Shown here: positions 47,001 to 59,458 of the stretch, piece after piece
Layout: the number at the start of each line of letters is the position of its first letter
Position numbering within the stretch: position 1 is the first letter of the stretch
Assembly (NCBI GenBank): GCA_036986275.1
Contig: BTRG01000004.1
Location: 981 to 64,980, forward strand
Length of the DNA: 64,000 bases
Source of the DNA: Gammaproteobacteria bacterium
GTDB lineage: Bacteria; Pseudomonadota; Gammaproteobacteria; Acidiferrobacterales; SZUA-150
Direction: 5' to 3'
Notes under the pieces: model-generated
The model's input: the letters and a program-made list of their open reading frames with translations, nothing else
Told to the model about the DNA's origin: nothing
The model's database searches: none
Program-made: the position numbers and the translations under genes

Positions 47001-47899
47001 TATAGACCAGGAAGACTTAAATCATAGGTGCTTACAGTACCGCTTAAGGATTCCAGTCTCCCGGGTTTAAACTCGCTCCAGATACGAACATCAAATCGAC
47101 CTCCCATATTTTGTGGCAAGGTAGCACTTACTGCACCGGGCAAGGCTCCCAGGTTCAAATCTGTCGCCTCTATAATAAGACGGCCATCCCAGGTCCGATA
47201 ATCGAATGGGTTTCCGATAAAGTCTGCAACCAATTTGCAAGAGCCGCATATTTGCTCAGGGTAATCGGCCTTGATGGCCAGGCGGCGACGTTCACCGTTA
47301 TTTTCCAGCTCAATAAAAACATGCTCCAGAACAACCGGTTTTTCGCTGAGCTTTCTGTCGTGCCATATCATACGACCATCTTCAATTACCAATTCATGCA
47401 ACCGACCCATCCATAACAATAATTCCTCATCATTGCTTTTCCCGGCCATCTTAAAGGGGCCAAATCCCGATAGCTTGTATGCGCCATCGCGTAAACGCTC
47501 AATACTCAGCTCGGGTTGCACCAGTACGATTCGATTAATTTCAATATCGCCACGTAGCAGAGGCAGAAATGCAATACTTGCCCTGACCTCCTTGAGAACA
47601 ACACTCCCCGACTTCTTGCCCGGCTCAGCGAGCACGAGGCCCTGAATTTTAAAGCCCGGATGTATGCCGTCCCAGTGCGGGGCCAGCTCGTCTATTGAGA
47701 CCATCAGGCTGGATTCCTGACGCAACAACTTTTCTATTTCGGCCTTTTCTTTTGCCAACTCAGGCAACCATCTCGATACTGCGAACAATATTGCCACCAT
47801 CAAGACCGTAATCACTGCCGAGACATACCAGCACCAACGACCCAGAAATAGGGTCCACTTTCCTACTTTTGGAGCAATATACCGAATCTTCTTTTTCAT
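44048..47899 (-). CDS. yhdP: YhdP-family (AsmA-like, TIGR02099-type) large envelope protein
   Basis: 1283 aa with an N-terminal TM anchor. Directly downstream of maf-rng, as in enterobacteria. The size matches YhdP (~1270 aa). Confidence 0.85.
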   Translation of the reverse strand: MKKKIRYIAPKVGKWTLFLGRWCWYVSAVITVLMVAILFAVSRWLPELAKEKAEIEKLLRQESSLMVSIDELAPHWDGIHPGFKIQGLVLAEPGKKSGSVVLKEVRASIAFLPLLRGDIEINRIVLVQPELSIERLRDGAYKLSGFGPFKMAGKSNDEELLLWMGRLHELVIEDGRMIWHDRKLSEKPVVLEHVFIELENNGERRRLAIKADYPEQICGSCKLVADFIGNPFDYRTWDGRLIIEATDLNLGALPGAVSATLPQNMGGRFDVRIWSEFKPGRLESLSGTVSTYDLSLPGLYSIAVPIKIKMLHSDIKFQLLGDNWRLDMRSLNVGLKGSAWDAGRLHIEFQPNASSLTLNRADLDDLLAFVNSLKIDSPYLKQLAHIKPGGTVRNLRVDFVGDILAPEDYSIEADLASINTVAYRKFPGVKGLSGHVSVDRDGGILKLDNRLTEVDLPYMFRKPIVSRRITGNIDWQLGKENIAISGQELKVFANDANVEGDFKFIIPTDTSQSPRLSLKLSFRDGNGSHAQQYFPVNIIHPDLLAWMDRSIKGGHVTSGYAVFEGALKDFPFDNGKGIFKVVGHLEHGVLDYLPGWAPITDLDMTIMNHGSELLITGHRGKLGGLDISNVVVHGPNLRIKKERRLLITGEASGSLDDAFTVLRDSHMVRDDPKWAQLLTPEVTGRGQGSLSLAINLPLGADGPMTMKGEYRTTNASIDLPFFDLKAKNLVGAVRFDQAGPVSGNLTGELLGGPTVLTLARKESALHFGIEGNWTAAGLSAGFGEWMSPYLRGSGVWGGRLRYGSQGLYIDIEANTKAMEINFPPPLRKTKGEGAGFYLKTVFVNPEEHLIEARLGSTLNSLIKLKQENGYWRFYAAEVAIGGQDAVNPYLPGIGLRAYSQNIDLDTWSDTIERSKSEQAGLPDIITHMHGQFENTDMLNRRFGAITTNLYRQGDHWSGKLHGKAVSGDIKLSLRTPVKKVQLELDHFRVPDDTFRDADGLADPRKFPELEIKAKQFEYGRWPLGELHMASDRLPLGSRLSQLTLKAPEYQIFASGLWTRIADKHNAEINILFDSTDFGSTLARLGYPDQIREGATKVETRLFWRNAKQFSKENVNGNLKLSSKNGRFLQLEPGAGRLLGIFNLSALGKLLRLDFASVFGKGFIYDSMKSSFKIEQGVARTHNMKIKGASADLHVSGRIGIADEDYDLVVGVNPSLTDTLALTIGGLGAPQVGAAILLLKNIFNTKLVEGPRINYSIKGSWDEPQVERLGSPVLPEALEEEQEE

Positions 47900-47933
47900 C
47901 TATCTATTATTGAATAATACATCTTGATGAGAA

Positions 47934-49397
47934 CTACATCAGGACCACATCAAAACGTTCCTGATTGTACAAAGGCTCTACCTGAAGATGGACAGGCTTG
48001 GCAATAAATTCCTGCAAGTTAGCCAGATTGGCGGCTTCTTCTTCCAGTAACATATCCACTACTACCTGCGAGGCCAGCACCAGAAAATTGTCAGTATCAA
48101 ACTGCCTGTCCTCACGCAGGATTTCCCGAAAGATCTCGTAGCACACCGTTTGTGGCGTTTTTAACACGCCGCGTGCCGAACAAGCCGGGCAAGGCTCACA
48201 TAGAATATGTTCCAGACTCTCTCGAGTACGTTTACGTGTTAGCTCAACAAGGCCTAATGGTGAGATATCTGATACATGTACCTTGGTGCGATCACGCGCC
48301 AGCGCCTTATCCAAGGCTCGCAATACCTGACGTTTGTGATCCTGAACCAGCATGTCAATAAAATCGATGATTATCATGCCACCCAGATTACGTAATCTTA
48401 ACTGACGGGCAATAGCCTGAGTGGCTTCAAGATTAGTCTTGAATATCGTTTCTTCAAGATTCTTACGGCCCACATAAGCGCCGGTATTAACGTCTATAGT
48501 AGTCATGGCCTCTGTCTGATCAAGAATCAGATAGCCGCCGGATTTTAACAAGACACGTCGGTCAAGGGCCTTTTGAATTTCATCTTCTACTGAATACAGA
48601 TCAAAGATCGGTCGCTCACCGGGATAATACTCAATACGAGATTCGGCTTCCGGTATAAACTCGTGCGCAAATTCTATAGCTCTGTGATAGGTCTCACGTG
48701 AATCGATACGTATTTTTTCTATATCTTCCTTAACCAAATCGCGCATGGCACGCATGGCCAACGCCAAATCTTCATGTATTAAGCGCGAATCAGTGGATAT
48801 CTTCATTCGTTCCTGTATAGCATTCCACACACGTCGCAAGTAGGCAATGTCATTCGTCAAGTCCTGTTCGGTTGTGGTCTCTGCTGCTGTGCGCAGTATG
48901 TAACCCCCCGCTTCATCGTCGCCGATATGTGCCGCCACAATATCGCGCAAACGATTGCGCGTTTCATCGTCCTCTATCTTCTGTGAAACACCGATATGAT
49001 TATTACCAGGCAGGAACACGAGGTAGCGCGCGGGCAAGGTCAGATGCATAGTTAGCCGCGCACCCTTGGTACCCAATGGATCTTTAACCACCTGCACTAT
49101 CACTTCCTGACCGTCATGCAACAGACTGGAGATGGGTGGAATATTTTCTGGATCCGGGTCCTTGTTCTCCGGCACCCTGACATCAGCAGCATGCAGGAAG
49201 GCGGCCCGGTCCAGGCCGATATCCACAAAAACCGCCTGCATGCCGGGCAGGATACGAACAATCCTGCCCTTGTAAATATTGCCCACGATACCGCGCCTGT
49301 CACTGCGTTCGATATAGACTTCCTGCAGCACACCATTTTCCACCACGGCAACCCGTGTTTCCTGTGGCGTTACATTTATAAGTATCTCTTCACTCAA
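47934..49397 (-). CDS. rng: Ribonuclease G
   Basis: S1 domain (NIYKGRIVRILPGMQAVFVDIG) plus the RNase E/G catalytic domain. 487 aa with no long C-terminal scaffold. Confidence 0.94.
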   Translation of the reverse strand: MSEEILINVTPQETRVAVVENGVLQEVYIERSDRRGIVGNIYKGRIVRILPGMQAVFVDIGLDRAAFLHAADVRVPENKDPDPENIPPISSLLHDGQEVIVQVVKDPLGTKGARLTMHLTLPARYLVFLPGNNHIGVSQKIEDDETRNRLRDIVAAHIGDDEAGGYILRTAAETTTEQDLTNDIAYLRRVWNAIQERMKISTDSRLIHEDLALAMRAMRDLVKEDIEKIRIDSRETYHRAIEFAHEFIPEAESRIEYYPGERPIFDLYSVEDEIQKALDRRVLLKSGGYLILDQTEAMTTIDVNTGAYVGRKNLEETIFKTNLEATQAIARQLRLRNLGGMIIIDFIDMLVQDHKRQVLRALDKALARDRTKVHVSDISPLGLVELTRKRTRESLEHILCEPCPACSARGVLKTPQTVCYEIFREILREDRQFDTDNFLVLASQVVVDMLLEEEAANLANLQEFIAKPVHLQVEPLYNQERFDVVLM

Positions 49398-49993
49398 TGA
49401 TTCACCAGTCCGGCCTGCTTCAACAGGCCTGTTAATTCATATAAAGGCAGCCCCATCACTCCGGAATAAGACCCATCCAGGTGTTTGATAAAGGCTGCAG
49501 CCATGCCCTGTATACCGTAGGCACCAGCCTTGTCACAGGGTTCCCCGCTTTGCCAATAACGCGCCATGGTTTCCTCATCCACAGCCCCAAATTCAACCCG
49601 GCTTCTGTTGACCGCGGTGTACGTCCGCTCATCACACACAAGCGCGATAGCGGTCAGCACCTCATGCCAACGACCGGAGAGCCTTGTCAACATGGCCAAA
49701 GCAGCCGCCTTATCTTCGGGTTTGCCCAGAAGATGGTCATCTACAACAACCGCTGTATCGGCGCCGATCACAGGCAGACCATGCTGACCGCCCCTTACAC
49801 GCAATTGCCGGCCGGCCCTGGCCTTATCCAATGCCAGGCGTTGTACATACTCCGACGGTGACTCATCACCCCTGATTTGTTCATCGACAACCGGGATCAC
49901 CACTTCATATTGCAGACCCAGCTGTGTCAGCAGTTGCTGGCGCCGGGGTGACGCCGATGCCAGGCATAGCCTGGAAGAGCAGATAAAAGACAT
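49394..49993 (-). CDS. maf: Maf-like nucleoside triphosphate pyrophosphatase
   Basis: Start reassigned to MSFIC..LCLASASPRRQQLL. GADT.V.....LGKP and AGAYGIQG. Confidence 0.9.
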   Translation of the reverse strand: MSFICSSRLCLASASPRRQQLLTQLGLQYEVVIPVVDEQIRGDESPSEYVQRLALDKARAGRQLRVRGGQHGLPVIGADTAVVVDDHLLGKPEDKAAALAMLTRLSGRWHEVLTAIALVCDERTYTAVNRSRVEFGAVDEETMARYWQSGEPCDKAGAYGIQGMAAAFIKHLDGSYSGVMGLPLYELTGLLKQAGLVNH

Positions 49994-50044
49994 GATCAGA
50001 ATCCAGCAACTCCGGTAGCAGGTCTCAGGCGCCCGACTGAGCAA

Positions 50045-50512
50045 TCAACGATGATAGGGCAGACCCTTAAGTATACTCCACGCCCGATATAACTGTTCTG
50101 CCACCACTACGCGTACCACCGGATGGGCCAGGGTTAACGATGAGAGCGACCATTTTTCCTCTGCTGCCTGCAAACATGCCGGCGCCAGACCCTCAGGACC
50201 ACCGATCAATAAGGCCACATCGCGGCTCTCAAGTTTAAATCTGTCCAGATTTCTGGCCAGGATTTCACTGGTCTGGACGCGTCCTCCTTGATCCAGGGCA
50301 ATAATGGCGCTGCCATGCGGCACCTTTGCCAGGGTACGCCGGCCTTCTTCAGCAACGATGCGCGCCAGGTCCGCACCCTTGCCGCGATGACCCGCCGCCA
50401 CCTCATGCAGGCTCAATTGAAACTGGGGAGGAAAACGCTTTTGATATTCGGCAAAGGCCTCATCGACCCAAGGTGGCATTTGCCGGCCGACGGCGATCAA
50501 GTGTATGTGCAT
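50045..50512 (-). CDS. rlmH: 23S rRNA (pseudouridine1915-N3)-methyltransferase
   Basis: 155-aa SPOUT protein with LLIGG.EG....................LTL.H.......EQLYRA..I....PYHR. Confidence 0.94.
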   Translation of the reverse strand: MHIHLIAVGRQMPPWVDEAFAEYQKRFPPQFQLSLHEVAAGHRGKGADLARIVAEEGRRTLAKVPHGSAIIALDQGGRVQTSEILARNLDRFKLESRDVALLIGGPEGLAPACLQAAEEKWSLSSLTLAHPVVRVVVAEQLYRAWSILKGLPYHR

Positions 50513-50523
50513 GCGCGCGTGAT

Positions 50524-50874
50524 CTATTGCTCCACCCTGCCCGAAACACTCATATCACCCCAGAGTTTTTCGAGGTTATAAAAGTCCCGGGTCTCCGGTT
50601 TCATGATATGCACCAGCACATCGCCATAATCCAGCAATACCCAGTCTCCAGTGTCCTGTCCCTCTATCCCCAGGGGGCGCTGACCCTGCTTACGCAAATC
50701 CTCGGCAACCCGATCTGCCATAGATGAAACATGTCGGCCAGAAGTACCACTGACAATGATCATATAATCAGTCACATCGGAAATACCGCGTACATCCAGA
50801 GTGGTTATCTCCCGGCCTTTGGCATCATCCAGGGCCTGCTCTATCAAGGACTTCAATACATTAGACTTCATCAT
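50524..50874 (-). CDS. rsfS: Ribosomal silencing factor RsfS
   Basis: 116 aa; L.D.K...I..LDV.......DY.II.SG.S.RHV........GDWVL.DYGDV.VH. Confidence 0.93.
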   Translation of the reverse strand: MMKSNVLKSLIEQALDDAKGREITTLDVRGISDVTDYMIIVSGTSGRHVSSMADRVAEDLRKQGQRPLGIEGQDTGDWVLLDYGDVLVHIMKPETRDFYNLEKLWGDMSVSGRVEQ

Positions 50875-50891
50875 TACCTATTAAACCTGTG

Positions 50892-51518
50892 TTATGAATA
50901 TAACTGGTGTTTATGGATATAAGCTTCCACAGCGGGAGGAACATAATCACTGACAGGTTGACCACTACGAATAGCATCCCGGATGCGGGTGGCCGATATC
51001 GGCTGTGGTGTAACCTCATCTATCCAGATCAGGCCCGAGGCCTGTTTTCGCAAGCCGTTGGCATCATCTACTATTCGCTTTATTGCCCAGGCAGGCAAGT
51101 TGCCGCCCACTTGTTTATCCGGGCGCTGCATGACCACAATATTGGCTAACTCAAACAATCCTTCCCATCGATGCCAGCTCGACAGCCCCTGGAAGGCATC
51201 ACTGCCGACAATTAAACATAACGTTTCATCGGCAAAATCTTTCTTTAATGATGACAATGTATCTATGGTGTAGGACACACCTGCACGCCGCAACTCCCTG
51301 GCATCCACCTGCAAGTCGGGAAAGTCTTGTAAAGCCAGGTCCAACATGGCCAACCTATGTTCACCACTGGCCACAGCGGCAGCTCTATGGGGTGGCTGAG
51401 CAGCCGGTATCAGATGCACCGAAGACAGCGACAAGGTCCGTTGCACTTCTGTCACAGTACGCAGATGCCCATAGTGCACAGGATCAAAGGTACCGCCGAA
51501 GACTCCCAACAATCTCAC
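50892..51518 (-). CDS. nadD: Nicotinate-nucleotide adenylyltransferase
   Basis: GVFGGTFDPVHYGH (H/TxGH motif) and the ISAT.IR motif. Confidence 0.93.
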   Translation of the reverse strand: MRLLGVFGGTFDPVHYGHLRTVTEVQRTLSLSSVHLIPAAQPPHRAAAVASGEHRLAMLDLALQDFPDLQVDARELRRAGVSYTIDTLSSLKKDFADETLCLIVGSDAFQGLSSWHRWEGLFELANIVVMQRPDKQVGGNLPAWAIKRIVDDANGLRKQASGLIWIDEVTPQPISATRIRDAIRSGQPVSDYVPPAVEAYIHKHQLYS

Positions 51519-51589
51519 AATGAATATCGGTCAACAGCAAGGAGGCTTGCAAAAACAAATACGGGTTAGCAGTAAATTATCAGCCCGAT

Positions 51590-52879
51590 TCATTCGCGGA
51601 TATGACCATCCCCAAGCACGATGTATTTCTGTGATGTCAATCCTTCCAGTCCTACTGGCCCGCGGACATGAAACTTGTCGGTACTGATGCCAATCTCCGC
51701 ACCCAGACCATATTCAAAGCCATCGGCAAATCGCGTGGACGCATTCACCATCACCGAGCTGGAATCCACCTCACGCAGAAAACGCCTGGCCAAGGTATAG
51801 TCTTCCGTAACAATGGACTCCGTGTGCCCCGAACCATGCTGGTATATATGGTCCATGGCCTCATCCATGCCGTCGACAATACGTATCGACAAAACAGGCG
51901 CCAGGTACTCAGTATCCCAGTCCTCATCCGTGGCCGCCACGGCATCCTTGATCAAGGCACAAGTTTCAGGACAACCCCTGAGCTCCACGCCCTTGTCGCC
52001 ATAGGCCTTTACAAGTGGCGGTAAAACTTTCTCTGCTATAACCCTGTCGATCAACAACGTCTCCATGGTGTTGCAGGTACCATAGCGCTGGGTCTTGGCA
52101 TTAATGGCTATCGCCAGGGCCTTTTCTTCATCGGCCTTGGCATCTATATAAACATGACAAACACCATGTAAATGTTTAATCACAGGCACGGCCGCATCCT
52201 GACTGATACGCTCAATCAGACCCTTGCCGCCACGCGGTATGATCACATCCACATACTCTTTCATGCGTACCAGCTCACCCACTGCCGCACGGTCTGTGAT
52301 GTCCAGCACTTGTACGACGTCGGCAGGCAGACCCGCTTCAGCCAGGCCCACACGCAGACAGGCGGCAATGGCCTGATTGGAATGCAGGGCTTCAGAGCCG
52401 CCACGCAAGATAGCGGCATTGCCCGACTTCAGGCACAAGGCCGCGGCATCCGCCGTTACATTGGGGCGCGATTCATAAATAATTCCCACCACGCCCAGGG
52501 GCACGCGCATGCGTCCCACCTGTATACCAGATGGGCGATAACATAAATCCTGCACCTCACCGATTGGATCTGGCAGGGCTGCAATCTGCCGCAGACCTTC
52601 GGCCATGCCGGCAATAGCGGTATCACTGAGTTCCAACCTGTCCAACATCGCGGCATCCAGTCCGGATTGACGCGCTGCCTCCAGATCCCTGGCATTGGCA
52701 GTCTTCAGCTTCCCGGCCTGGGCCAGCAAGGCATCGGCAATCGCATTGAGCGCTGCATTCTTCTTGCCTGTTTCGGCCGCTGCCATGACGCGGCCCGCTG
52801 CCCGGGCGCGTTCTCCAATTGCGTGCATATACTCAACGATATCCACAGTGCTGCCCGATGTTGCTGCTGCTTGTGTCAT
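51590..52879 (-). CDS. proA: Gamma-glutamyl phosphate reductase
   Basis: 429-aa ALDH-like protein ([42 protein letters not shown]). Confidence 0.95.
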   Translation of the reverse strand: MTQAAATSGSTVDIVEYMHAIGERARAAGRVMAAAETGKKNAALNAIADALLAQAGKLKTANARDLEAARQSGLDAAMLDRLELSDTAIAGMAEGLRQIAALPDPIGEVQDLCYRPSGIQVGRMRVPLGVVGIIYESRPNVTADAAALCLKSGNAAILRGGSEALHSNQAIAACLRVGLAEAGLPADVVQVLDITDRAAVGELVRMKEYVDVIIPRGGKGLIERISQDAAVPVIKHLHGVCHVYIDAKADEEKALAIAINAKTQRYGTCNTMETLLIDRVIAEKVLPPLVKAYGDKGVELRGCPETCALIKDAVAATDEDWDTEYLAPVLSIRIVDGMDEAMDHIYQHGSGHTESIVTEDYTLARRFLREVDSSSVMVNASTRFADGFEYGLGAEIGISTDKFHVRGPVGLEGLTSQKYIVLGDGHIRE

Positions 52880-52888
52880 AAACCATCC

Positions 52889-53911
52889 TTAACGTATTCC
52901 GACGGGGGTACGCACTCGACAAAACGCCAGCGTCAGATCTTCCAGCTGCTGCCACGGATCTCCGGCAAGCCGCCCCTTGATCACTCTATCCGTGCGCGCC
53001 GCGCGCTGCAACAGGGTCCATACACTGGCCGGGCGCAGGCGCGACAGTGCCTGCCCCACTATGCCCTGTCGTTGTGACCAGACACCACCGGATTGCATGG
53101 CCTGACCCCGGGGCATACCGGTGGCCACGGCTCGGGAGACTTTCGCCAGTATGCGCGCCTCCCGTGCCAGGGCCCACAAAATAAGCGGTGGCGCCAGGCC
53201 CTCGGCCCGCAAGCCATTCAATATGCGCAACACCGTAGCCCCCTCACCCCGTAAACACGCATCCACCAGACCAAAGACAGTAAACCGCGCCTGGTCGGCC
53301 AGGCCTTGCTCCAGATCCTCGAGGGTGACCCGGGTCTTGCCCAGCAACACCAGTTTTTCCAATTCCTGATCCGCTGCCAGCAAGTTGCCTTCAAAATGAT
53401 ACGCCAGCAGTCCGACGACGCCGGTCTCGGGCACCAACCCTCGCATGCGCATGCGCTGCTCCAACCAGCGTGGCAGTTGTTGCGCGTCCGGCGTATACAC
53501 AGTCACCATTTGCCCGACCGCTTGCAGCGCCTTGACCCACTTTGTCTTCAGGACCGAACTCTCGAGCTTACCGGTAATGACTAATAATACAGTGTCTGCG
53601 ACCGGTGTTTCGGCCCAGGCCTGCAGGACAGCCCGGCCGACATCTCCAGGTTTACCTGTGGGGATTCGTAATTCTATCAGCCGCCGCTCTGAAAACAGCG
53701 ACAGTGATTGACTGCTTTCCATCAACCGCGACCAATCAAAACTGTTGTCGACATGAAATACATTGCGTTCGTTGTAGTCCTCTTCCTTTGCACGGGCGCG
53801 TATGGCATCGCAACTTTCCTGCGCCAACAGGGGATCTTCACCGGTAACAAGATAGACTGGCGCCAGGCCGCGCGTGAGGTGATCCTTTAACTGATGTGCG
53901 GCGACCTTCAA
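52889..53911 (-). CDS. holA: DNA polymerase III delta subunit
   Basis: 340 aa with L.PVYL..GE.PLL..E. Conserved leuS-lptE-holA order. Confidence 0.88.
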   Translation of the reverse strand: MKVAAHQLKDHLTRGLAPVYLVTGEDPLLAQESCDAIRARAKEEDYNERNVFHVDNSFDWSRLMESSQSLSLFSERRLIELRIPTGKPGDVGRAVLQAWAETPVADTVLLVITGKLESSVLKTKWVKALQAVGQMVTVYTPDAQQLPRWLEQRMRMRGLVPETGVVGLLAYHFEGNLLAADQELEKLVLLGKTRVTLEDLEQGLADQARFTVFGLVDACLRGEGATVLRILNGLRAEGLAPPLILWALAREARILAKVSRAVATGMPRGQAMQSGGVWSQRQGIVGQALSRLRPASVWTLLQRAARTDRVIKGRLAGDPWQQLEDLTLAFCRVRTPVGIR

Positions 53912-54435
53912 GGCGTCACCTTTTTCGCCTGGGGTTTGCTTCGCGCCAACCGACGCAGTATTTGCCTGGCCGCTTCGTGTTGCATTTCATAGACCAGCAG
54001 TTCCTGCTCACGTTCCTTGGCCAACACATTCAATGGATCAAAGGTATATTCACGTAAAAGTTGTATGCTTTGCGTTTCTTGTTGCCAGACATAATCCAGT
54101 CTGTAACGCAGCCGGTATTCACTGACCTTGGCGCCTACAACACTTACTGCCAGCACCTGGCGCGTGATACCTTCTGACTTCAACTCCAGGACCGGCAAGG
54201 TATGGCCTGTCGTGACTGGAACCTGGTTTGCATCGGCTATGACCGCGCCACCCTGTGTCACCAGCACGTCTTCAATGATGTTTCGTAGATCGGCATTGGC
54301 GCTGTCACTGACCAGCCTGAGATGTTTGAAGGCCGGAGGCAAGGTAACAGCCTGTTGCCCCCGTAAATGAAAGCCGCAGGCCGACAGGGTCATGCTCAAT
54401 AACAGGATCAAGGCCCATGCTCCACGCAGCGGCAT
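53908..54435 (-). CDS. lptE: LPS assembly lipoprotein LptE
   Basis: Lipobox LSACG followed by FHLRG. I prefer ATG 54435 over the TTG 54480 of the ORF track, which would overlap leuS. Confidence 0.85.
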   Translation of the reverse strand: MPLRGAWALILLLSMTLSACGFHLRGQQAVTLPPAFKHLRLVSDSANADLRNIIEDVLVTQGGAVIADANQVPVTTGHTLPVLELKSEGITRQVLAVSVVGAKVSEYRLRYRLDYVWQQETQSIQLLREYTFDPLNVLAKEREQELLVYEMQHEAARQILRRLARSKPQAKKVTP

Positions 54436-54469
54436 GCCTACGTCAGGGCTGAACACGGACAGATATGGC

Positions 54470-56932
<2,463 letters not shown>

Positions 56933-57158
56933 TCATGCGGGATACGAATCGTACCGGATTTACATTACGGGATTACGGGTGCGGGCAAGCCTGCCACAGC
57001 CCTTTCACACAGGCAATATACCACGGTGGGGCTGATGAAATAGTCGGGTTTTCCTAAAGAAAACCACGCCAAGTCCGATACCCACTTGCAGACACACAGT
57101 AAGGCGCCATAACCGGCACTTGTTTTAAGGAAGCCACAATCAGCACGCGGGAGTCACT

Positions 57159-57932
57159 ATGTTTAATATTCTATTGATAACCATCACAGGAACAATTGCC
57201 ATGTCGGCAGCGTATTTCTCCATCATCGGAATTGCCAGCATTTTTGCAGCCAACTACACCCCCGCCATTATCATGGCGGCAGGTCTGGAAGCCGGCAAAC
57301 TGATCACGGCCAGTTATTTATATCGCTACTGGAAAATGACTCCGATTCCATTACGGGGCGTATTGAGCGCCTTCATTGTTGTGCTGATGTTTGTCACTTC
57401 GGTGGGTATTTTCGGTTTCCTGAGCCAGGGTTATCAACGTACCTCTGAAAGCATGCGCCTGTTATCAGTAGAACTGACCGGTATTCAGGAGGAACTACAA
57501 GACAAGAAACAACGCGCCAAGAGGATAGATCAACAGATCACGCAGCTGCCGTTTAACTACGTCACCTCACGTATACGCCTGTCGCGTGAATTTCGTGAGG
57601 AAAAGACTGATCTAACCTACCGCATACGTGAACTGGAAAGACGCTCACAGGAAATCAATCTGAAGATGGCGGGTTATGACTCCCACATCGGACCTATTTC
57701 CTACGTCGCTAAGATCATCAATATCCCCCAGAACGACATCGTCTTCTACGCCATATTACTAATTGTTTTTATTTTCGACCCCCTGGCCATTAGTCTGACA
57801 CTGGCATGCAACATCGCCCTGGTGCGTACCTGGGAACGGCAACACTTTGCGCGCAAGACGCTGTTTGAAAGCACCGCGATTGATGAGATCGCTGAACACT
57901 ATGTTACCGAGAGCGGAGATGTCGTGAGCTAA
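57159..57932 (+). CDS. Hypothetical membrane protein with central coiled coil (257 aa)
   Basis: Three N-terminal hydrophobic helices, a charged heptad-like segment (LTGIQEELQDKKQRAKRIDQQI..RIRELERRSQEINLK), and one more TM. No family recognised. Confidence 0.55.
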   Translation: MFNILLITITGTIAMSAAYFSIIGIASIFAANYTPAIIMAAGLEAGKLITASYLYRYWKMTPIPLRGVLSAFIVVLMFVTSVGIFGFLSQGYQRTSESMRLLSVELTGIQEELQDKKQRAKRIDQQITQLPFNYVTSRIRLSREFREEKTDLTYRIRELERRSQEINLKMAGYDSHIGPISYVAKIINIPQNDIVFYAILLIVFIFDPLAISLTLACNIALVRTWERQHFARKTLFESTAIDEIAEHYVTESGDVVS

Positions 57933-59458
57933 TCCTGGTTGGCTGTAGCAGTCTGCTGGCGGCGGCGTAACCCAAACGCCGTCGCCAGCATTATTCCTGT
58001 AATCAACAAGAACGCTGCATTCCCCCAACGCACATAGGGCGTGGCGCCCTGCATGGGCTGTACTTCTGCTTGCAGGCTGCCGGCCTCAAACTGCCCCGTT
58101 TTGACCAACACCTTGCCACGATGATCAATATGAGCCGATGGTCCGGTGTTGGCTGCGCGCACCATGGCACGCCCCGACTCCAGGGCGCGCATGCTTGCGA
58201 TCTGCAAACGTTGGTGGGGGGCCAAGGAATCACCAAACCAGGCATCCTCACTAATATTTACCAATAACCCGGCCTCAGGCAAGGCATCGATGACTTCCTC
58301 ACCGAAGGCATCCTCATAACAAATAGAAATACCGATAGTCTGACCGGCTGCTTTGACCAAAGGCGCCGTATCGGGCCCACTACTGAAATCCGACATCGGG
58401 ATATGAAGATAATTTACTAACCAGCCCAGCAACCATTTTAACGGCAGAAATTCACCAAACGGTACGAGGTGACGTTTACGGTATAACGATTCACTTTGCC
58501 CGAGACTGATGGCACTGTTGTAATAGGTTTGCCGGCCGTTGATCTTTTCGCGCTCAATAATACCGATAATAAAATCAGTCTGTGTTTCCCTGGCCTGGAC
58601 ACGCAATTGATTTAACCATGTTGATTCAATCGCATCGCGATAAGCAGGGATAGCGGCTTCAGGCCAGATTATCAAATCGGCATCACCATGTTTCGCACTT
58701 TGCCGCAGATATTGCTGCACGATATTATTACTTTGCCGTGTATCCCATTTTCGATCCAGACCGATATTGCCTTGTATGGCTACAATCTTGATAGGCTGTC
58801 CTTGCGGCTGTACCCAGTCTATCTGCCCGGCCAGCCACACCAGCACCCAAACCGATACAAGACTTACCAGCATCCAGCGATTGCGGCCATACGCCCACCA
58901 TTCGACTAACAGCGCAGCTGATAACACTAACAACAAACTGACACCGAACACACCGATGTAAGGCGCCGCAGCCGACAATACACCTGGCACCTGGCTATAA
59001 CCCATTATCAGCCAGGGAAAACCGGTAAACAACCAGCTGCGCACCCATTCAAACACTACCCACAAGGCCGGAAAGACCAACAGGCGACCCGGGGTGAAGC
59101 GCTGCATATCACTGCGGATATAGGCCCACATGGTGAGTGCGGGAAACATGGAGAGTATGACCACAAAGATACTGACTGCAAAGACAGCCAGGGGTCCGGA
59201 CATATTGCCGAAGCGGTGCAGGCTTACAAATACCCAGGAGACGCCGATCCCGAACATGCCCACACCGAACAGGAAACCGGACCAGAAACCCTGCTTTGGC
59301 GTAAGCGTATGCGATAACAGCAACAGCACACCCATCGTCAGTAGTACCAGGGGATACCATTTGAACGGTGCAAAAGCCAATGGTGTGATGGCACCGGCCA
59401 ACAAGACCAGCAACAATCTTTGTCTGAAAGTTATGTGATGCAGGAAGTTACTTGGCAA
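57929..59458 (-). CDS. lnt: Apolipoprotein N-acyltransferase
   Basis: Multi-TM N-terminus plus CN-hydrolase domain (WPE, K.HLVPFGE, ICYE). Confidence 0.93.
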   Translation of the reverse strand: MPSNFLHHITFRQRLLLVLLAGAITPLAFAPFKWYPLVLLTMGVLLLLSHTLTPKQGFWSGFLFGVGMFGIGVSWVFVSLHRFGNMSGPLAVFAVSIFVVILSMFPALTMWAYIRSDMQRFTPGRLLVFPALWVVFEWVRSWLFTGFPWLIMGYSQVPGVLSAAAPYIGVFGVSLLLVLSAALLVEWWAYGRNRWMLVSLVSVWVLVWLAGQIDWVQPQGQPIKIVAIQGNIGLDRKWDTRQSNNIVQQYLRQSAKHGDADLIIWPEAAIPAYRDAIESTWLNQLRVQARETQTDFIIGIIEREKINGRQTYYNSAISLGQSESLYRKRHLVPFGEFLPLKWLLGWLVNYLHIPMSDFSSGPDTAPLVKAAGQTIGISICYEDAFGEEVIDALPEAGLLVNISEDAWFGDSLAPHQRLQIASMRALESGRAMVRAANTGPSAHIDHRGKVLVKTGQFEAGSLQAEVQPMQGATPYVRWGNAAFLLITGIMLATAFGLRRRQQTATANQD

